Below are positions 10,005 to 22,159 of a DNA stretch of 64,000 nucleotides, piece by piece (within the stretch, counting starts at the first letter, position 1; each line of letters begins with the position of its first letter). Both the position numbers and the translations under genes were made by a program. This stretch comes from Spirochaetia bacterium (GTDB lineage Bacteria; Spirochaetota; Spirochaetia; SZUA-6; Bin103). The DNA lies in assembly GCA_965203905.1 (NCBI GenBank), contig CBDBDQ010000005.1, positions 1,792,001-1,856,000 of the forward strand, given 5' to 3'. The notes beneath the pieces were generated by a model. That model had not been told where the DNA came from and searched no databases. It worked only from the letters and a program-made list of their open reading frames with translations.

Positions 10005-11375
10005 ATGAGCACGATTTCAGGGCGCCCCGCGCGGGTCGCCATCGTGGGCAGTGGCCCTTCCGGATTCTACGCGGCCGACGCGCTGATCAAGGCGGATCAG
10101 GCCGTGACCATCGACATGTACGACCGTCTGCCGACCCCGTTCGGCCTGGTGCGCGGCGGCGTCGCACCCGACCATCCCAAGATCAAGAACGTGATCCGCG
10201 TCTACGAGCGCACCGCCAGGGACGCCGCCTTCAGTTTCCTCGGCAACGTCCACGTCGGCCGTGACGTGAGCGTGGAGGAACTGCGCGCGCACTACGACGC
10301 GGTGATCTTCACCTGCGGCGCGGAGACCGACCGCAGCCTGAACATTCCCGGCATCGAGCTGGCCGGCAGCCACACCGCTACCGAGTTCGTGGGCTGGTAC
10401 AACGGCCATCCGGACTACCTGGGACGCTCCTTCGACCTGTCGCAGGAGGTCGCCGTGGTGATCGGCCAGGGCAACGTCGCGGTGGACGTGACGCGGGTGC
10501 TGGCCAAGACCGTGGACGAGCTGAAGGACACCGACATCGCCGCCCACGCCCTCGACGCCCTGGCGGCGAGCAAGGTGAAGGAAGTGCACATGATCGGGCG
10601 CCGCGGCCCGGTGCAGGCGGCGTTCACCAACAAGGAGATCCGCGAGCTGGGCGAGCTTGACGACTGCGACCTGGTGTTCAACGACCTCGGCGACTTCGAC
10701 CTCAACCCGGCCAGCCAGGCGGAGCTGGACGACGCCGCCAACATCGGCGCCGGCCGCAACTGGAAGGTGCTGGAGGAGCTGCGCGTCCTGCAGCCGGCCG
10801 GCAAGAACCGCCGCATCGTGGTGCACTTCTTCCAGAGTCCGCGCGAGCTGACCGGCAACGGCCGGGTGCAGTCGCTGGTGCTGGAGCGTAACAAGCTGGC
10901 CGGTGAGGCCAACGACCAGTGGGCGGAAGGCACCGGCGAGACCGACACCATGGACTGCGGGCTGTTCTTCCGCAGCGTCGGCTACCGCGGGGTGGAGATA
11001 CCCGGTGTGCCGTTCGAGGCACGGCGCGGGGTGTTCCCCAACGAGGCGGGCCGCATCGTCGCCGACGGCGACCCGGTGCCGGGGCTGTACGCCGCCGGCT
11101 GGATCAAGCGCGGGCCCTCGGGGGTCATCGGCACCAACAAGCCCGACAGCGTGGAGACGGTGGCGAAGGTGATCGAGGACCTGCCGTCGCTGCCCGCCTG
11201 CGAGACCCCGGACACGGCGTCGGTCCAGGAACTGCTGGCGGCGCGCGACGTGCGCGTGGTCAGCTACGCCGACTGGCAGAAGATCGACGCCGCCGAGGTG
11301 GCGCGCGGCAAGCCGCACGGCAAGCCGCGCGAGAAGTTCACCACCGTGGAGGAGATGCTCGCCGTCCTGGACTGA
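10005..11375 (+). CDS. fprA: Ferredoxin--NADP+ reductase (adrenodoxin reductase/FprA type)
   Basis: [41 protein letters not shown]. Confidence 0.92.
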   Translation: MSTISGRPARVAIVGSGPSGFYAADALIKADQAVTIDMYDRLPTPFGLVRGGVAPDHPKIKNVIRVYERTARDAAFSFLGNVHVGRDVSVEELRAHYDAVIFTCGAETDRSLNIPGIELAGSHTATEFVGWYNGHPDYLGRSFDLSQEVAVVIGQGNVAVDVTRVLAKTVDELKDTDIAAHALDALAASKVKEVHMIGRRGPVQAAFTNKEIRELGELDDCDLVFNDLGDFDLNPASQAELDDAANIGAGRNWKVLEELRVLQPAGKNRRIVVHFFQSPRELTGNGRVQSLVLERNKLAGEANDQWAEGTGETDTMDCGLFFRSVGYRGVEIPGVPFEARRGVFPNEAGRIVADGDPVPGLYAAGWIKRGPSGVIGTNKPDSVETVAKVIEDLPSLPACETPDTASVQELLAARDVRVVSYADWQKIDAAEVARGKPHGKPREKFTTVEEMLAVLD

Positions 11376-11401
11376 CCCTTCGTTGCAAGGAGCCTATGAA
11401 C

Positions 11402-11417
11402 GTGCTACAAGTAGCAC
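11402..11417. promoter_or_regulatory. Palindromic operator of the toxin-antitoxin operon
   Basis: Perfect inverted repeat GTGCTAC-aa-GTAGCAC immediately before the antitoxin ATG. Confidence 0.65.
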
Positions 11418-11418
11418 T

Positions 11419-11694
11419 ATGGATGCGATCGGAATCCGTGAGTTGCGGCAGCGGGCGAGCGACTACCTGCGGCGGGTAGCGGCGGGAGAGACATTCGAGG
11501 TGACCGATCGCGGGCGTCCGGTTGCCCTGCTCACCCCGATTCCAGACTCCTCGCCACTCGATCAGCTTCGTGCCGCCGGCGAGCTGGAGGAGGCGACGCA
11601 TTCGTCCGGCGAGCTGCCCGAGCCGGTCGATCCGGATCCGGGAAAGGAGCCGCCCTCGGTCAGGCTTGCGCGGCTGCGCAGCGATGAACGCTGA
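11419..11694 (+). CDS. vapB: Phd/YefM family antitoxin
   Basis: MDAIGIRELRQRASDYLRRVAAGETFEVTDRGRPVALLTP. Confidence 0.9.
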   Translation: MDAIGIRELRQRASDYLRRVAAGETFEVTDRGRPVALLTPIPDSSPLDQLRAAGELEEATHSSGELPEPVDPDPGKEPPSVRLARLRSDER

Positions 11695-12082
11695 GCGAGT
11701 CTGTTACCTCGACTCGTCCGCCATCGTAAAGCTGGTGGTGCGGGAAAGGGAGTCTGCCGCGTTGCGGCGCTATCTCCGCGGCCGCTCTCTGGTTTCGAGC
11801 GCACTCGCTCGCGTGGAGGTAGCGCGGGCAGTCATGCCGCATGGGACCCGAACGCGGCGCAAAGCGGGGGAGGTACTGTCGCGCATCGATCTGGTACGGA
11901 TCAACAGCAAGGTGCTCTCCCGGGCAGCCGCCATGGTACCGGCCGACCTTCGCACTCTCGATGCGATCCACCTCGCCACGGCGTCGCTCTTCGGGCGGTC
12001 GCTGAGCCGCTTCGTATGCTACGACGGGAGGTTGGCGGGTGCGGCGAAGGCTGACAACTGGAACGTCGTGTCACCGGGTTGA
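11684..12082 (+). CDS. vapC: VapC PIN-domain toxin
   Basis: YLDSSAIVKL...LRTLDAIHLATA...YDGRL; overlaps the antitoxin gene. Confidence 0.9.
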   Translation: MNAERVCYLDSSAIVKLVVRERESAALRRYLRGRSLVSSALARVEVARAVMPHGTRTRRKAGEVLSRIDLVRINSKVLSRAAAMVPADLRTLDAIHLATASLFGRSLSRFVCYDGRLAGAAKADNWNVVSPG

Positions 12083-12110
12083 CGGCGCCACAGGCGCAGT
12101 TGGTTGTCGG

Positions 12111-12641
12111 TCAGGCCGGGAGCCGTTCCGCGGCCAGTTCCGTAAGCAGTTCGAGCTCGGCGGCCTGAAGGGCTTCCAGCAGAGCCGCCGCGGTGGCGTT
12201 GGGGCCGGTGGCGGCGGCACAGAGATCCACGAAGGCGAACGGATCCCACTGCTCGCGCAGCGCCGCGAGTTCCCGCGCCGGCTGCCCGCCCGCCTTGGCG
12301 AGCACTTCGACCGCGCGTCGCGACATCTGCGCGAAACCGGCGTGGGTGCCCACCTTGCGGAACCAGTACTTGCTGTTGGAGAAGTCGCCCTCGCGCCGGT
12401 GCATGGCGCCGTGCAGCCAGCTCCCGAAGCGGTCCGGCAGACCCTGCGACACGGTGTGGGACGCGTCCAGGTCGTCGTTCCACAGCAGCAGGGCGCTTGC
12501 CAGCGCCGGGTCCAGGTCGGCCGCGGAGATGCGGCGGCTCAGCTCCTGGTTCCAGGGCGCCGTGGGACACAGTGGCGGCAGCGGTTGCCGAGAGCGCAGC
12601 TCGGAGCTGACCTGCTGCACCAGTTCCCGAACGTCGGTCAT
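12111..12641 (-). CDS. Conserved hypothetical protein
   Basis: LLLWNDDLDASHTVSQ...HGAMHRREGDFSNSKYWF; GGAGG RBS; ATGA-coupled to the upstream gene. Confidence 0.7.
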   Translation of the reverse strand: MTDVRELVQQVSSELRSRQPLPPLCPTAPWNQELSRRISAADLDPALASALLLWNDDLDASHTVSQGLPDRFGSWLHGAMHRREGDFSNSKYWFRKVGTHAGFAQMSRRAVEVLAKAGGQPARELAALREQWDPFAFVDLCAAATGPNATAAALLEALQAAELELLTELAAERLPA

Positions 12642-12928
12642 GGGGTCGCCTCCAATCCGACCGGCATACGCGGCAGATCCGTCATCAGGGTACGCAACCG
12701 GTCCGGGGTCATGTCGGTGTGCACGGTGCCGTCGAGCATCAGGTTGGGGCCCTCCTCGCAGTGGCCGAGGCAGCCGCAACGCTGCATTTCCACGTCGCTG
12801 CGCGGATGGTCCTCCGCCTCCGCCAGCAGGTCGCTCGAGAAGTTGACGCCGCAGGTCGGTCCCACGCAGATGCGCAGGCTGTGACTGGTCCGCACAAGCT
12901 GCCCATCGGACGGCGCCTGATGGCTCAT
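12638..12928 (-). CDS. Thioredoxin-like (2Fe-2S) ferredoxin
   Basis: ICVGPTC...CGCLGHCEEGPNL. Confidence 0.8.
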   Translation of the reverse strand: MSHQAPSDGQLVRTSHSLRICVGPTCGVNFSSDLLAEAEDHPRSDVEMQRCGCLGHCEEGPNLMLDGTVHTDMTPDRLRTLMTDLPRMPVGLEATP

Positions 12929-14256
12929 GCCGCGGCCACCGCCGCGAGGTGCTCGATCGTCGGGTAGGGGAACAGCCCGGTGCTGTGGCCGTCGCTCCAG
13001 GTGATCGAGAGGGCGTAGTTGCCGACCGTGCGGATCTCACGCGCGTGAACGTCGGCCGGAATCGCGGCCGGATCGGCGGTCCGCTCACCACTGAACTCAT
13101 TGATGCAGTGGGCGCAACGGCAGCTCGCGCGCAACTCGCGGTTGGCTATCGATACCGTCTTGCCGTCGGCCCAGCGCAGCGTGATTCGCTCGGCGTCGTG
13201 CTCCACGCTGATGCTTTCCTGCGCCACCGACGCCTTGCCCAGGGCACGCACCATGCGGTCCGCCGCCGCGGCGATCTCGGGCAGGTCCACCTCGTCGCCG
13301 AAGGTGCGCCCATAGCGCTGCGGGTCGAGCGGGAGCTGCCCCAGCACCTCCACTCCGAAACGCTCCTGGAGCTGGCGTCCGCCGTCGCTGCCGAACACCG
13401 CGTGGCGCTCGCCGCGGGCCTCGAAGTAGGCCATGTTCTCGACCACTCCCAGCACCGGAACGCTTACCTTGTCGAACATCAGAATGCCCTTGCCGACATC
13501 CGCCAGCGCCAGCGGCTGGGGGGTGGTGACCACCACGGCGCCGTTGAGTTGCACCGCCTGGGTGATGGTGAGCTGGATGTCGCCGGTGCCCGGCGGCAGG
13601 TCGAGGAACAGGTAGTCCAGTTCGCCCCACTGGACCCCGTGCAGAAGCTGCTGGATGTAGTTGGTGACCATCGGGCCGCGCATCACCGCGGGAGCATCGC
13701 CGAGCCAGAAGCCGAACGACATCAGCTTGAGGGCGCCGACCCGCGCCGGCAGCAGCATGTTGCCGTCGTCCGCTTCCAGGTCCAGGTCGCGGCAGTCGAA
13801 CAGGGTCGGGATCGACGGCCCGAAGATATCGGTGTCCAGCAGCCCGACGCGATGACCGCGCTGCGCCAACTCGCACGCGAGTGCTGCGGCCACGGTGGAC
13901 TTGCCCACGCCTCCCTTGCAGGAGGCGACCGCGATCAGCGCCCCCACCTGGTTGAGCCCGCTCTCCCGCGCGCCGCCGGAACGCTGCGCGGCGGGACGTT
14001 CGGCGGCGGTGGGCTGGTTGCTGGTAATGGTCACGGTGACTGACCTGGTTCCCGGCAGCTCCCCCACCAGCCGCTCCGCCTCGGACTTGAACTGGTCGCG
14101 CACCGGACACGCGGGCGTGGTGATGTTGATCTCCACCAGCACGTGCCCGTCCTCGATCTCGAGGTTGGTGATGAAGCCGAGCGCGACGATGTCACGCCCC
14201 AGATCGGGGTCGACTATCTGCGCCAGCGCGGCAAGCACCTGATCCTTGGTAACCAT
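12925..14256 (-). CDS. mrp: Mrp/NBP35 Fe-S carrier ATPase with N-terminal DUF59 and C-terminal DUF971 (HCF101-like)
   Basis: DPDLGRDIV...TTPACP; KGGVGKST; DLPPGTGD; C-terminal CRCAHC...WSDGHSTG. Confidence 0.9.
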   Translation of the reverse strand: MVTKDQVLAALAQIVDPDLGRDIVALGFITNLEIEDGHVLVEINITTPACPVRDQFKSEAERLVGELPGTRSVTVTITSNQPTAAERPAAQRSGGARESGLNQVGALIAVASCKGGVGKSTVAAALACELAQRGHRVGLLDTDIFGPSIPTLFDCRDLDLEADDGNMLLPARVGALKLMSFGFWLGDAPAVMRGPMVTNYIQQLLHGVQWGELDYLFLDLPPGTGDIQLTITQAVQLNGAVVVTTPQPLALADVGKGILMFDKVSVPVLGVVENMAYFEARGERHAVFGSDGGRQLQERFGVEVLGQLPLDPQRYGRTFGDEVDLPEIAAAADRMVRALGKASVAQESISVEHDAERITLRWADGKTVSIANRELRASCRCAHCINEFSGERTADPAAIPADVHAREIRTVGNYALSITWSDGHSTGLFPYPTIEHLAAVAAA

Positions 14257-14270
14257 GATCCAGCCTCAAT

Positions 14271-15593
14271 CTACGTCGAAACCGGCGCCGCGGCCAGCCG
14301 TGGCGCCGGACCGACGTAGCGCGACCGCGGGCGCAGCATTACGCCGGTCGCGTATTGCTCCATGGCGTGGGCGATCCAACCCGCGGTTCGGGCGACGATG
14401 AACAGCGTCTCGGAAGCGCCGGCTGGAAGGTCGAGCACGGCGGCGAGGACGGCAAGTGGCAGGTCGACGTTCACCGGTGCATCGGTCACCATGTCCTGCA
14501 CCGCCTCCGCTGTCGCGGCCGCCACTTCGAGGGCGCGATGGCCGGGAGCGGCCGCGCGCAGTTGTCGCATCAGCTCCTCGGCGCGTGGGTCGCGGGTGCG
14601 GTAGAGCTTGTGCCCGAAACCGTACAGCGGGCGCCGCAACCGCAGGTACTCGGCGACGACCAGACGGGCCCGCCGTGGCTTGGCTACCGTCCGCAGCAGC
14701 TCCGTGACCAGGACGCTCGCCTGCCCATGCAGCGTCCCCTGGACCGCGGCGAGGCCGGCCATTACGGCCTGATAGGGGCTGGCGCGCGCCGACGCGGCGG
14801 TGCGCGCCGCCAGGGTCGAGACGTTGAGCTCGTGGTCGGCGAGGAGCACCAGGGCCGGCTCGATCAGGGCCGCCGCCAGTGCCGGGTCGGCCACTCCCCA
14901 GCATTTGGCCAGGGTGCTTGCGACCAGTCCGGGCGCCGCGGGCGGAGCCGCGTCTGGGCGCCGGGGGTCACCGGACGCTGAGCCCCCGGACCGCGACGAG
15001 GAGTGGTCGGTTGCTGCCAGCCGTTCCAGGCAGGCGAGTTGCGCCAGGATGATGCGCGCCCCGGTGCGCCGGACGGCCGCGGGGCTCAGATCCTCCGCGG
15101 CGGCGTCGGCGGCGGCCAGCCGCGGCAGGACCGACTGAAAGGCGAACCAGGGCTCCAGCGGCCGGCCGTTCGCGCGCACCCACCTGCGCCGCACCTTCGG
15201 CAGCACGGGATTTGCCAGTGCGGGGATCCGTGCCTCCAGGTCGCCGCTCCACAACAGGGCCACCACCTGCTCGAAGGTGTGCGTGCGCGCCAGCGTCGTA
15301 ACCGGCTGTCCGCGGTAGTACAGCTCCTGCTCGGTGATCAGGGTGAGCGACGAGTCCAGGATCGGTGCCGCACTGTGCTCGAAAGCGTGGCGAGCCGCCG
15401 TACTTGGATCGGAGCGTACCTCGGCACGCTGCTTGAGACGCATTACGTCGGCGCGCCGGTAGCGGCGCCGGCGTCCCGCCGCGATGCGCTCCGACCGGAT
15501 CAGTCCACGACTCACGTAGGCGTAGATCGTCTCCAGCTTGACGCCCAGAACCTCGGACGCTTCCGCGGCGGTCAGAAACGCGCCGTCCTTCAC
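14271..15593 (-). CDS. Citrate synthase family protein with N-terminal HTH DNA-binding domain
   Basis: FLTAAEASEVLGVKLETIYAYVSRGLI (HTH), then DHELNVST, GTLHG, GFGH, NVD. Confidence 0.88.
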   Translation of the reverse strand: MKDGAFLTAAEASEVLGVKLETIYAYVSRGLIRSERIAAGRRRRYRRADVMRLKQRAEVRSDPSTAARHAFEHSAAPILDSSLTLITEQELYYRGQPVTTLARTHTFEQVVALLWSGDLEARIPALANPVLPKVRRRWVRANGRPLEPWFAFQSVLPRLAAADAAAEDLSPAAVRRTGARIILAQLACLERLAATDHSSSRSGGSASGDPRRPDAAPPAAPGLVASTLAKCWGVADPALAAALIEPALVLLADHELNVSTLAARTAASARASPYQAVMAGLAAVQGTLHGQASVLVTELLRTVAKPRRARLVVAEYLRLRRPLYGFGHKLYRTRDPRAEELMRQLRAAAPGHRALEVAAATAEAVQDMVTDAPVNVDLPLAVLAAVLDLPAGASETLFIVARTAGWIAHAMEQYATGVMLRPRSRYVGPAPRLAAAPVST

Positions 15594-15612
15594 GCTGCCG
15601 AATCTGACATAT

Positions 15613-15630
15613 ATTGATTACCTGATCAAT
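15613..15630. promoter_or_regulatory. Inverted-repeat operator between the divergent citrate synthase genes
   Basis: ATTGATTA-cc-TGATCAAT (7/8 palindrome) in an AT-rich 77-nt spacer. Confidence 0.55.
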
Positions 15631-15670
15631 CTTGACTACGCCGCCACCGGGCGCAACCTTGTGAGTTGAG

Positions 15671-16801
15671 ATGGATTCCCAAACGGAGGGGCTGGGCGAG
15701 AGACCGGTGGCCAGCACGGCGCTGACGCATATCGATGGTGAACGGGGTTGCCTGACGGTCGCCGGCTACGCCATCGAAGAGATTGCGCCGCGGTGTTCGT
15801 TCGAGGAGGCGTGTTTCCTGCTGTTCCACCAGCGTCTGCCCAACGCCGCCGAGCTGGAACGGTTCGCCGCCGGCCTGGTGCGGGGACGCGAGCTGCCGGC
15901 CGGGCTGTGGGCGGCGGCACGGCAGGCGGCCGTGGACCGCATCGAGCCGGTGGATGCCCTCATGATCCTTGCCGGGCTGCTGCGCCGTCAGGAACACGAT
16001 CCGCATCCGGCGGAGGTCGTCGCGGGGTTGATGATGGCGGCCGGCTGCTACGCGCGCCTGCGGGTCGGTAGCGATCCGAAGCCGCCGCCGCGAGAGGCGT
16101 CGCACGTCGCGGCCTACCTCCACCTGGTGTCCGGCCGGGCGCCTCACCCAACCGTGGTCCGGGCGCTGGAGACCTACCTGGTCACGGTTATGGACCACGG
16201 GCTGAACGCCTCCACGTTCGCCGCGCGCGTGGCGGCGTCCACCCATACCGACCTGCTGTCATGCACCCTGGCGGCCCTGGCCACGCTCAAGGGACCGCGC
16301 CACGGCGGCGCGCCGGGGCCGGCGCTGGAGATGGTGGAACGGATCCCCGACGTGGCGCAGGCGGCGGACTACCTGCGCGCGACGCTGGGCCGCGGCGAGC
16401 GGCTGATGGGTTTCGGGCACGGTGTCTACCGGGTGCGCGACCCGCGCGCCGACGTGCTGGCCGCGGCGCTTGAGGAATTGATCGACGCCCGAGTCCCGGG
16501 TCACGCCCAGGCTCAGGCGCTCTACGGCAAGGCGCGCGCCATTGAGCAGGTGGCGCTGCGCGTCCTCGCCGAGCACCGCCCACAGGCCCGGCTGCAGACC
16601 AACGTCGAGTTCTACACCGCGCTCCTGCTGCACGCCGTCGGCCTCGACCGCGAGCTGTTCACGCCCACCTTCGCCGTGGCGCGGGTGGTCGGCTGGCTGG
16701 CGCACGCAATCGAGCAGCGCGACTCCAACGTCCTCTTGCGACCACGCGCACGGTACCGCGGCCCGCACGGCCGCCGCTGGCTCCCCCTCACCGACCGCTG
16801 A
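15671..16801 (+). CDS. Citrate/2-methylcitrate synthase
   Basis: DHGLNASTF, GPRHGGA, GFGHGVY, NVEFY. Confidence 0.88.
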   Translation: MDSQTEGLGERPVASTALTHIDGERGCLTVAGYAIEEIAPRCSFEEACFLLFHQRLPNAAELERFAAGLVRGRELPAGLWAAARQAAVDRIEPVDALMILAGLLRRQEHDPHPAEVVAGLMMAAGCYARLRVGSDPKPPPREASHVAAYLHLVSGRAPHPTVVRALETYLVTVMDHGLNASTFAARVAASTHTDLLSCTLAALATLKGPRHGGAPGPALEMVERIPDVAQAADYLRATLGRGERLMGFGHGVYRVRDPRADVLAAALEELIDARVPGHAQAQALYGKARAIEQVALRVLAEHRPQARLQTNVEFYTALLLHAVGLDRELFTPTFAVARVVGWLAHAIEQRDSNVLLRPRARYRGPHGRRWLPLTDR

Positions 16802-17018
16802 TCTTGTTCTTCATGGATCCGCATAATCTCCCATGAGAGACCGCTATGGCATCACCGTGAGAGTGCATTTCCATCGAGTCCAAGATATTGTTGGCGGCAT
16901 CGATTGCTTCGCGAAGATCAGAGAAACTCACAGAACCGCCGCCGCGATGAGCGACGGCATGGCGTTGGCGAACAGCGTTGTTCCAGGTAGACGTCATTAG
17001 TTTGTACCAGCCTTTCAT
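16788..17018 (-). pseudogene. C-terminal remnant of a HEPN-domain protein
   Basis: Rx4H motif RHAVAH; lies directly downstream of the DUF262 gene; no credible 5' part. Confidence 0.55.
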
Positions 17019-17042
17019 CCATGCCCGCGAGTAGTACCGCCG

Positions 17043-18034
17043 TCAGCGAGATCCAAGCAGAATCTCCTGAGCTCGTGCGAAGCGTTGCTTGACCATTTGG
17101 GTGTCACTCGTATTCCGCGTTACAGATGCTTCATTAAACACATCGTCCGATAATAAGGCGTCATAGCGTGTACGCCACTCCGCAGCCAGGTCTTCTTCAG
17201 CTGTGGATATCGCCACCATGACGGAGTCGAGAAGGCTAGGATTCAGCGCCCTTGACTTACGATGGAACGGTCTTTCGCCGAGCTCTCGGACCACCGTTGC
17301 ACATGTCCGGTTGAACGTTTCGCGAATCTGATCGGTGTAGACTCGTAATGCGTTCTGGTCCAGGCTCTGCTTATTGGCCATATTTGAGTTGAGAAACGTC
17401 TTCATTGGCTTCTCATAGCTTTGCCATTCTTCGCGCATGGCAATGAACCGAAGCACCAACTCAACGTCGCGAAGTCGCTGGTCCGGTTGCTCCGACCCCA
17501 GGATTGTCCTCCACTCGGAATCTTGGTTGAGTTCCTCGAGAAAAGCAAAGAACTCGCCCGAGTAGACGCACTTCCGGACCTCCATAGGGCTGAGGCGAAC
17601 TGCTCCCGTAGTCAGTCGCTCGAAGACGTGGTATATGCTCGAGTTGTCGTTTGGATTCAATTGACGGACAATAGTAGCGCGAAGCACTGCATGTTGAAGT
17701 TCTATCTGATCTGGTTCGGATAGTTGTTCGAGGTCTTGCCAGCCCACTTGGCGTTGATGTTCTTCAATTTGAACGGACCGGAAGGCCGAGCAAGAAGGAC
17801 TCGATCAGCTTGCTGGCTCGAACTTGGTCCCACACGTACGCCCGTTGGAACTCGGGCAGGATAATGCGCTGAGCGGTCCACTCTTCATAGTAGCCCTTTG
17901 CGTAAAGTCTGAAGGATAATAGTCGATGTCGAATCCGATCTGATCCTCCTCTTGCTCCGTTGGAGTTTCGGTGTCGACGATTTCCAAAGTGTTATGAGCG
18001 AGAGTCGCATCCATGCGCGAATCCTCTTTAGCCA
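17043..18034 (-). pseudogene. DUF262 (GmrS/ParB-like) domain gene, frameshifted and internally deleted
   Basis: Pieces in different frames: IDYYPSDFT / LPEFQRAYVWDQVRASKLIESFLLGLPV / FKLKNINAKWAGK / VFERLTTGAVRLSPMEVR. The DGQQR segment is absent and the DNA is AT-richer than the flanks. Confidence 0.8.
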
Positions 18035-18274
18035 TCGTACAGTTATGGGGCCTCCATACATCGGCAGCAGTCTGCTGTGGGTGCACGTGATCATACTACC
18101 ATAACGTGTTTTGCGGAGCGGCCCTTGGGCTACGCAACGATACGCGGGGCTGTCAGAGGAGCGCACCGAAACCCAACCTAGTGACGGTGCCATCATGAGA
18201 CATGCGGGGAAGTTGTTACTGCCACTGGCGTCGCGGGCGGGGCATGGGGTAGATTGTGACTGTCTCACCCGTCC

Positions 18275-18934
18275 ATGCGCTGGCTGCTCGATCTGCTCTC
18301 CACCTCCATCGGCAAGAAGCTGCTGATGGCGCTTACCGGCCTGTTCCTGGTGCTGTTCCTGGCCGTGCACCTGTACGGCAACCTGTACCTCTACGTCGGT
18401 GAGGAGGCATTCAACCACCACGCCGAGTCGATCTCCGGCAACGCGCTGATCCGCGTCGTGGAGGTGCTGCTGTTCCTGGCGATCGTGGCGCACGCGGTCA
18501 ACGGCGTGCAGTTGACCGTTCGCAACCGGCGCGCGCGACCGCAGCGCTACCGCGTGAAGCGGCATGCCGGCTTCAGCACCCTGGCGTCGCGGAGCATGAT
18601 TGTCAGCGGCAGCGTGGTGTTCATCTTCATTGTCGTGCACCTGCGCAACTTCTTCTGGGAGGCGCGCTTTGGGCGCGCGGCGGCGGGCGAGTCGCTGTAC
18701 CAGGTGGTCACCGAGACGTTCGCGATGCCCGGTTACGCGGCGCTGTACGTAATCGCCATGGTGCTGCTGGGCCTGCACCTGGCGCACGGCTTCCTGAGCG
18801 CGCTGCGCACCTTCGGCATCGAGCACCGGCGCTACACGCCGCTGCTGCGCGGGGTGGGGCTGGTGCTGGCGATCGGCTTCGCCGCCGCGTTCGCCTCGCT
18901 GCCGATCGTGTTCTTCGTCCGGAGTCTCGCGTGA
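18275..18934 (+). CDS. sdhC: Succinate dehydrogenase cytochrome b558 subunit
   Basis: SIGKKLLMALTG...HLYGN, five TM helices with His ligands; upstream of sdhA. Confidence 0.92.
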   Translation: MRWLLDLLSTSIGKKLLMALTGLFLVLFLAVHLYGNLYLYVGEEAFNHHAESISGNALIRVVEVLLFLAIVAHAVNGVQLTVRNRRARPQRYRVKRHAGFSTLASRSMIVSGSVVFIFIVVHLRNFFWEARFGRAAAGESLYQVVTETFAMPGYAALYVIAMVLLGLHLAHGFLSALRTFGIEHRRYTPLLRGVGLVLAIGFAAAFASLPIVFFVRSLA

Positions 18935-18955
18935 CGCTGGCGCCACGAGGTGTAC

Positions 18956-20878
<1,923 letters not shown>

Positions 20879-20886
20879 TCGTGTCC

Positions 20887-22131
20887 ATGGACACGTGGTC
20901 CGTACCAGAGACCGCTTCGGTGCCTGGCAGGCTCCGGCGCCGTCGCGAACCCGTTACAGGTGGCAAATCGCACCGTCGGTTACTCGCAACCTTAATGTTC
21001 CCCCTGCTGACGGCCACACTTGGAGCTCAGGAATGGCAACTCCCAACTGATGCTGAGTCTGACAGGGTTGAGTTAGAGATAATGCTCCGCTACCTGCTGC
21101 AGAGTGGCGATCCCGGTGTAGTGCGCCAGTTGTTCGCCGACCACCTTCCTTTGTCACTGGGTGAGCTTGCCGAGATCGATAACCTGTTCACACACCATCT
21201 CAGCGACGACGTATCGGACCGATTGTGTGGCCTATTTAATGATGTATCCGATTCCGCGTTTGGGATGTTGGTGGTACTGCACGAACAAGGGTTACTGCAT
21301 CCGGGCGACGAAGCAGACGAAGCCGGCGATATGCTCACCAACCTACTCGCACTTGCGTTGTTGTGCCGGCAGTCACCGCACCGAGGGGATATCGACAAGA
21401 CTGGACCAACTGCTGCCCCCGGCCTGGGCGCCCAGGCGCGGATAGTTGCATCTGTTGCCGACCCGCACACCGCTTCGGTTAGCGGCACGGTCAGTTTTGC
21501 GGGGTACGTGCCTGAGATGGCTCTGCTTGATATGTCGGCGGATCCGGTGTGCGCAGAGCTAAATCGAAAGGACCCTAAGCGTCGCGAAGTCCTGGTGCTT
21601 GGCGACGCGAGGAGGATCGCCAACGTGCTGGTACAGATCAAGGGTGGCCTGCCCCACACGCTGCTGGAAAGGGTGGATAGCCCACCCGACATGGTCGTGG
21701 AGTTCGACCAGGGCGGCTGCCAGTACAGCCCGCACGTGTTCGCGTTGCGCGTCGGCCAGACCCTGAAGATCCTCAATCCCGACGGCACGCTGCACAACGT
21801 GTACGCCTTCTCCAAGGTCAACGCGGAGTTCAACGAGGCGATGCCCAAGTTCCGCACCGAGCTGGAGAAGGTGTTCGACAAGGCGGAGCCGACGCCGTTC
21901 GCGATAAAGTGCGACGTGCATCCGTGGATGAACGCTTGGGCGGCGGTGTTCGATCACCCGTACTACGCTGTGACCGGGAGTAGCGGCAGGTTCACGATCA
22001 GTAATTTGCCGGCAGGCACCTACGAGTTGGAGATCTGGCACGAGCGGATTCCGGCGCAGACCTATGTGGTTAGCGTGGGAGCAGGTGAAGACGTTCACTT
22101 AAACGCAGTGATGAGGGTTCCGTCAAGCTGA
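20887..22131 (+). CDS. Secreted cupredoxin-like/carboxypeptidase-regulatory-like domain protein with extra N-terminal region (start uncertain)
   Basis: C-terminal half DPVC...GGCQYSPH...LHNV...CDVHPWM...FDHPY is paralogous to the next gene; signal-like stretch RRLLATLMFPLLTATLGA. Confidence 0.7.
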   Translation: MDTWSVPETASVPGRLRRRREPVTGGKSHRRLLATLMFPLLTATLGAQEWQLPTDAESDRVELEIMLRYLLQSGDPGVVRQLFADHLPLSLGELAEIDNLFTHHLSDDVSDRLCGLFNDVSDSAFGMLVVLHEQGLLHPGDEADEAGDMLTNLLALALLCRQSPHRGDIDKTGPTAAPGLGAQARIVASVADPHTASVSGTVSFAGYVPEMALLDMSADPVCAELNRKDPKRREVLVLGDARRIANVLVQIKGGLPHTLLERVDSPPDMVVEFDQGGCQYSPHVFALRVGQTLKILNPDGTLHNVYAFSKVNAEFNEAMPKFRTELEKVFDKAEPTPFAIKCDVHPWMNAWAAVFDHPYYAVTGSSGRFTISNLPAGTYELEIWHERIPAQTYVVSVGAGEDVHLNAVMRVPSS

Positions 22132-22159
22132 GCTACAACGTCTTGGAAGGTAGAGAACA

